Of a stretch of 64,000 nt of DNA, positions 61,141 to 64,000 are shown in pieces (positions within the stretch are counted from its first letter, which is position 1; each line of letters starts with the position of its first letter). The stretch lies in NCBI GenBank assembly GCA_032718475.1, contig JAUCBJ010008807.1, positions 7,736 through 71,735 of the forward strand, in the 5' to 3' direction. A program made the position numbers and the translations under genes. The notes under the pieces are model-generated. The model was not told where the DNA came from and ran no database searches. It was given only the letters and a program-made list of their open reading frames with translations. This DNA is from Nemertoderma westbladi. Its lineage: Eukaryota > Animalia > Xenacoelomorpha.

Positions 61141-62032
61141 CGCTTGCGTCCTTCTGGGCTCCTCCCGAGGCGTACCCACGAGGCGGACGCTGTCCCACTA
61201 CCCTTGGGGCCAGTCCGACTCCGTTTTTATCAGACCGGGCCGGAGGGTAGCCCGATGCTTCCCGGGTTCAATTTTCAATCCCCCGATCACACCGGCACAG
61301 CTCGTCGGTGTAGCCAGATGGTCGGCTACTGTCAACTTACTGTGGCCTGACTGTACATTGAGCCAACTCAGAGAGTCAACCGGCGGGTGGACCAGTCGAT
61401 AGCGATCGAGCATCAAGGTCGCCCTTGAGCCAAACCGATTCCGATTTCCGGTTCCCATACTCACTCGCAGTGGCCATACATACACTCACGTATACCACGT
61501 ACCCACAGCAACAGAAAGCTTAAGCAAACTGCCACTGATCGTCCACACACAAACCACAGATTCTAGAGTATCATTCACTCGGACCACACAACAACACCAA
61601 CCCCTCCTTGCAGCCGATATTCCGGGTGCCACCTCCATTCCAATAGTAGTACCAACAGAATCATCAGAACCTGCCCATTCCGATGCAACACCTCCATTCC
61701 AATAGTGCTACCCTGGGAAAAGACACGTTTTGGCAACCGATCGGAGACAGTAAAGAGTCTGGTCAACTCATACATACCAAACATAGACACCACATAAACC
61801 ACATAGACCACAGATCACACTAAGCCACCACCCCTACTGTGTACAGGACTGGCAGTACGGCAACAGGCCGACTAGACGGTACCACGGCACCATGTTGATT
61901 CATGGTTCGCAAGACACGAGGGCCTTCAGTAACTCCCTTGCACTATAAGAAAGATTTAACGTGCCCCCAGACCCTCACGAGTCCGCCGCCGCCTGTTAGC
62001 GGCACCCCTATAGAGACCTCACCTCTTTAGGC
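61141..62032. mobile_element. Unclassified 892-bp insertion in BEL gag
   Basis: Its removal joins ttccgcttcg to gccgcctttc, recreating the local repeat unit and the reading frame. Confidence 0.75.
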
Positions 62033-63450
62033 GCCGCCTTTCTTTCGGCTTCTACTGCTGCAGCTGCCACCTTTCTTTCCGCTTCGGCCGCCTTTCTTTC
62101 GGCTTCTACTGCTGCTTTTCTTTCCGCTTCGGCCGCCTTTCTTTCGGCTTCTACTGCTGCAGCTGCCGCTTTTGCCTCTGCCGCTGCCGCTTTTGCCTCT
62201 GCCGCTGCCTCTGCCGCTTTTCTATCCACTTCTACCGCTTTTCGTTCCGCTTCTGCCGCTGCTACTGCTGCTTTCTTTCTGTCTTCTATGCATTTTTTCT
62301 TCACCCTTTCTTCTTGGTCTCTAGCGATGCGGAGTTGTTCATCGAATTTAGCTTGGTTCGCCGCTAACCTATCCACATCAATTGCGTCCAACACACGCTG
62401 GGCTCCTTCACTATTAGGGCTAAGTCCATCTAGCCTTCTCCTCAACTCTTCGTCTCCCAAAAAACGCTGATAGTCTGACAGATAGATGTCAATGGCATCC
62501 CTCTTATGCGGTTTCTCTGCCGTCGCTTCACTTTCCACTTGGGAAAAAGTAGCGTCTGTTGATTCTCCATGGGTTGAGCGCTCCTCCAGCTGAGCTTTCC
62601 ACTGAGCTGTTCCTTGAACCTGGAGACTCACCCGTTGAAACCAAGTCTTTACGGCAACTTGCAACGACGTGTCTTGTCTTCTTTTAGAAGCCTCTTCAAA
62701 GGCTGATAATATTAGCCTAATTCGCAGAATTCTTTCTCTAACTTGATAAAGCAGTTGTCCCTGCTCTTGAGGTCCTTGAGGTTGTTGAAACAGTTGTTCT
62801 TTTACTCGCTCCATAGAGCTGAAGAATCCCTGTGCGTATCCGGCTGCGGACCTCTTCCACGCAGCTGGATCGATGGTTTCCTTGGCTACTCCCATCCGGT
62901 GTATGTCTTCCCAGGCAGCTTCTGATAAATCAAACGGGAGTCCGGGTCCGGGGAAGTTCCATTGCGACTCGACCATAGACTTCAGTTCTTCCCTTGTGTA
63001 TCCCTCATAACTATCTTTAGTTGATCGCTTACTTCTCGCCCAATCGATCTGGTGTTCTTCCACTGCGATCAATAACCTAGTGAGTACGGCTGCAGGAAGG
63101 ATGAGAAGGGGATCCGAATAAACCGCATCTGTCATCCTTGCTCCGCGCTTGGGTGTCAGCTCTACAGTATCTTCACTACTGGAGCTGTCGGGCCGCTGAG
63201 AAATAAGTTCTTGGCTCGCGGGTTGTTGCTGTTCCGCTGCTTCTTGGTCCCGCTTGACCTGAGCTCGAGTGCCTATGATAGACCTACGATGTTGGACCAG
63301 CCTAGGTTCTGTTATTACTACTGGAGGGATGACCTTCTTCACAGTGGGAGGTGAACTGAACTTAGGTGTAGACGGTTCTACACCCTTATCTGAGTCGCAG
63401 ATAGTTACATCTAATAAACTGTCTGACAGGTTCTGCTTAGTATCAGACAT
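62033..63450 (-). CDS. gag: BEL Gag, 5' part (long N-terminal extension with AEAERK coiled-coil repeats)
   Basis: ATG at 63450 (MSDTKQ). The 484-aa ORF shares the AAEAERK repeat and joins 61140 in frame. Confidence 0.75.
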
Positions 63451-64000
63451 GTTTGTTTGCACAGTTGAATGCCTACTGCTATATTACAGTCTAAGCAAGT
63501 CTAGTAATTCAGCATTAACTGCTAGCCTAGTTGTAAAAGCTTTTGTGGGATAACTGATACGTTTGCCTTTGCTGGCCAGTTCCCCCCAGGCGCTGGAATA
63601 CTCTAAAAAAGGTTCTCTAACTGTATATATATTCCCCTCGCCCGCAAGGTACCTTTACAGGTGTTTTAACGGACATAAAAATCATTCTGCTATATACGTG
63701 TTTTGGCGGACATGGTAAGGCAAAAAACCTGTAATGCACCAACTACCTTTCACAGCTTAGCCGTGATGATTCATATTACGACATCTCACAGCTGGTTGCT
63801 GACATGGAAACAGCCATTGGATGCATGGTTCTTTGTTTGGCTTGAGCCAATCAGAGCGATTTTTCCTGTCGACGTGTAGCTTTTCGGTCGATCATAAGGA
63901 GAGTGTTCAGTCTTACTGTTTTTACTTGATACTTTGTTGTTATTGCTGTCTAAGCCAGAAACACCGGCCTTTCGGTAAGAACTCTAGTAAACTGCTTGAA

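Larger units (their letters stand above)
45259..64000 (-). mobile_element. Large BEL/Pao LTR retrotransposon (5' LTR beyond the window) with nested insertions
   Basis: Gypsy coding stops abruptly at TGTTT (45259). BEL-type gag and PR-RT-RH-IN lie on the minus strand. Confidence 0.85.

Noticed and set aside
61655-61672. Hammerhead core CTGATGA on the minus strand within the gag insertion
   Set aside because: No stem II or downstream GAAA at a usable distance.

Overview
AT-rich metazoan genomic DNA (probably an aquatic or marine invertebrate; this is an inference from the TE clades and gene content). The left half carries the last six coding exons of PAN3 on the + strand (2476-34457, all splice phases consistent; the 5' end lies upstream of the window). 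The 22.3-kb second intron in view contains an intact, intronless, same-strand TTLL10-like polyglycylase gene, several LINEs and many MITE/foldback elements. The right half is a nest of LTR retrotransposons. A Gypsy element (tRNA-Trp PBS, clear -1 frameshift signal) is cut in RNase H by a large minus-strand BEL/Pao element, which is in turn interrupted by a GalEa-type Copia and by an unexplained 892-bp TSD-less insertion in gag. The BEL element is the most unusual object here: a reconstructed Gag of more than 1180 codons, about 3.2 kb of 3' accessory sequence with unrecognised ORFs, and a diverged inverted copy of its putative LTR promoter module just upstream of gag. No CRISPR array, rRNA or intact tRNA gene was found. 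All calls are by eye from the sequence and the ORF track.
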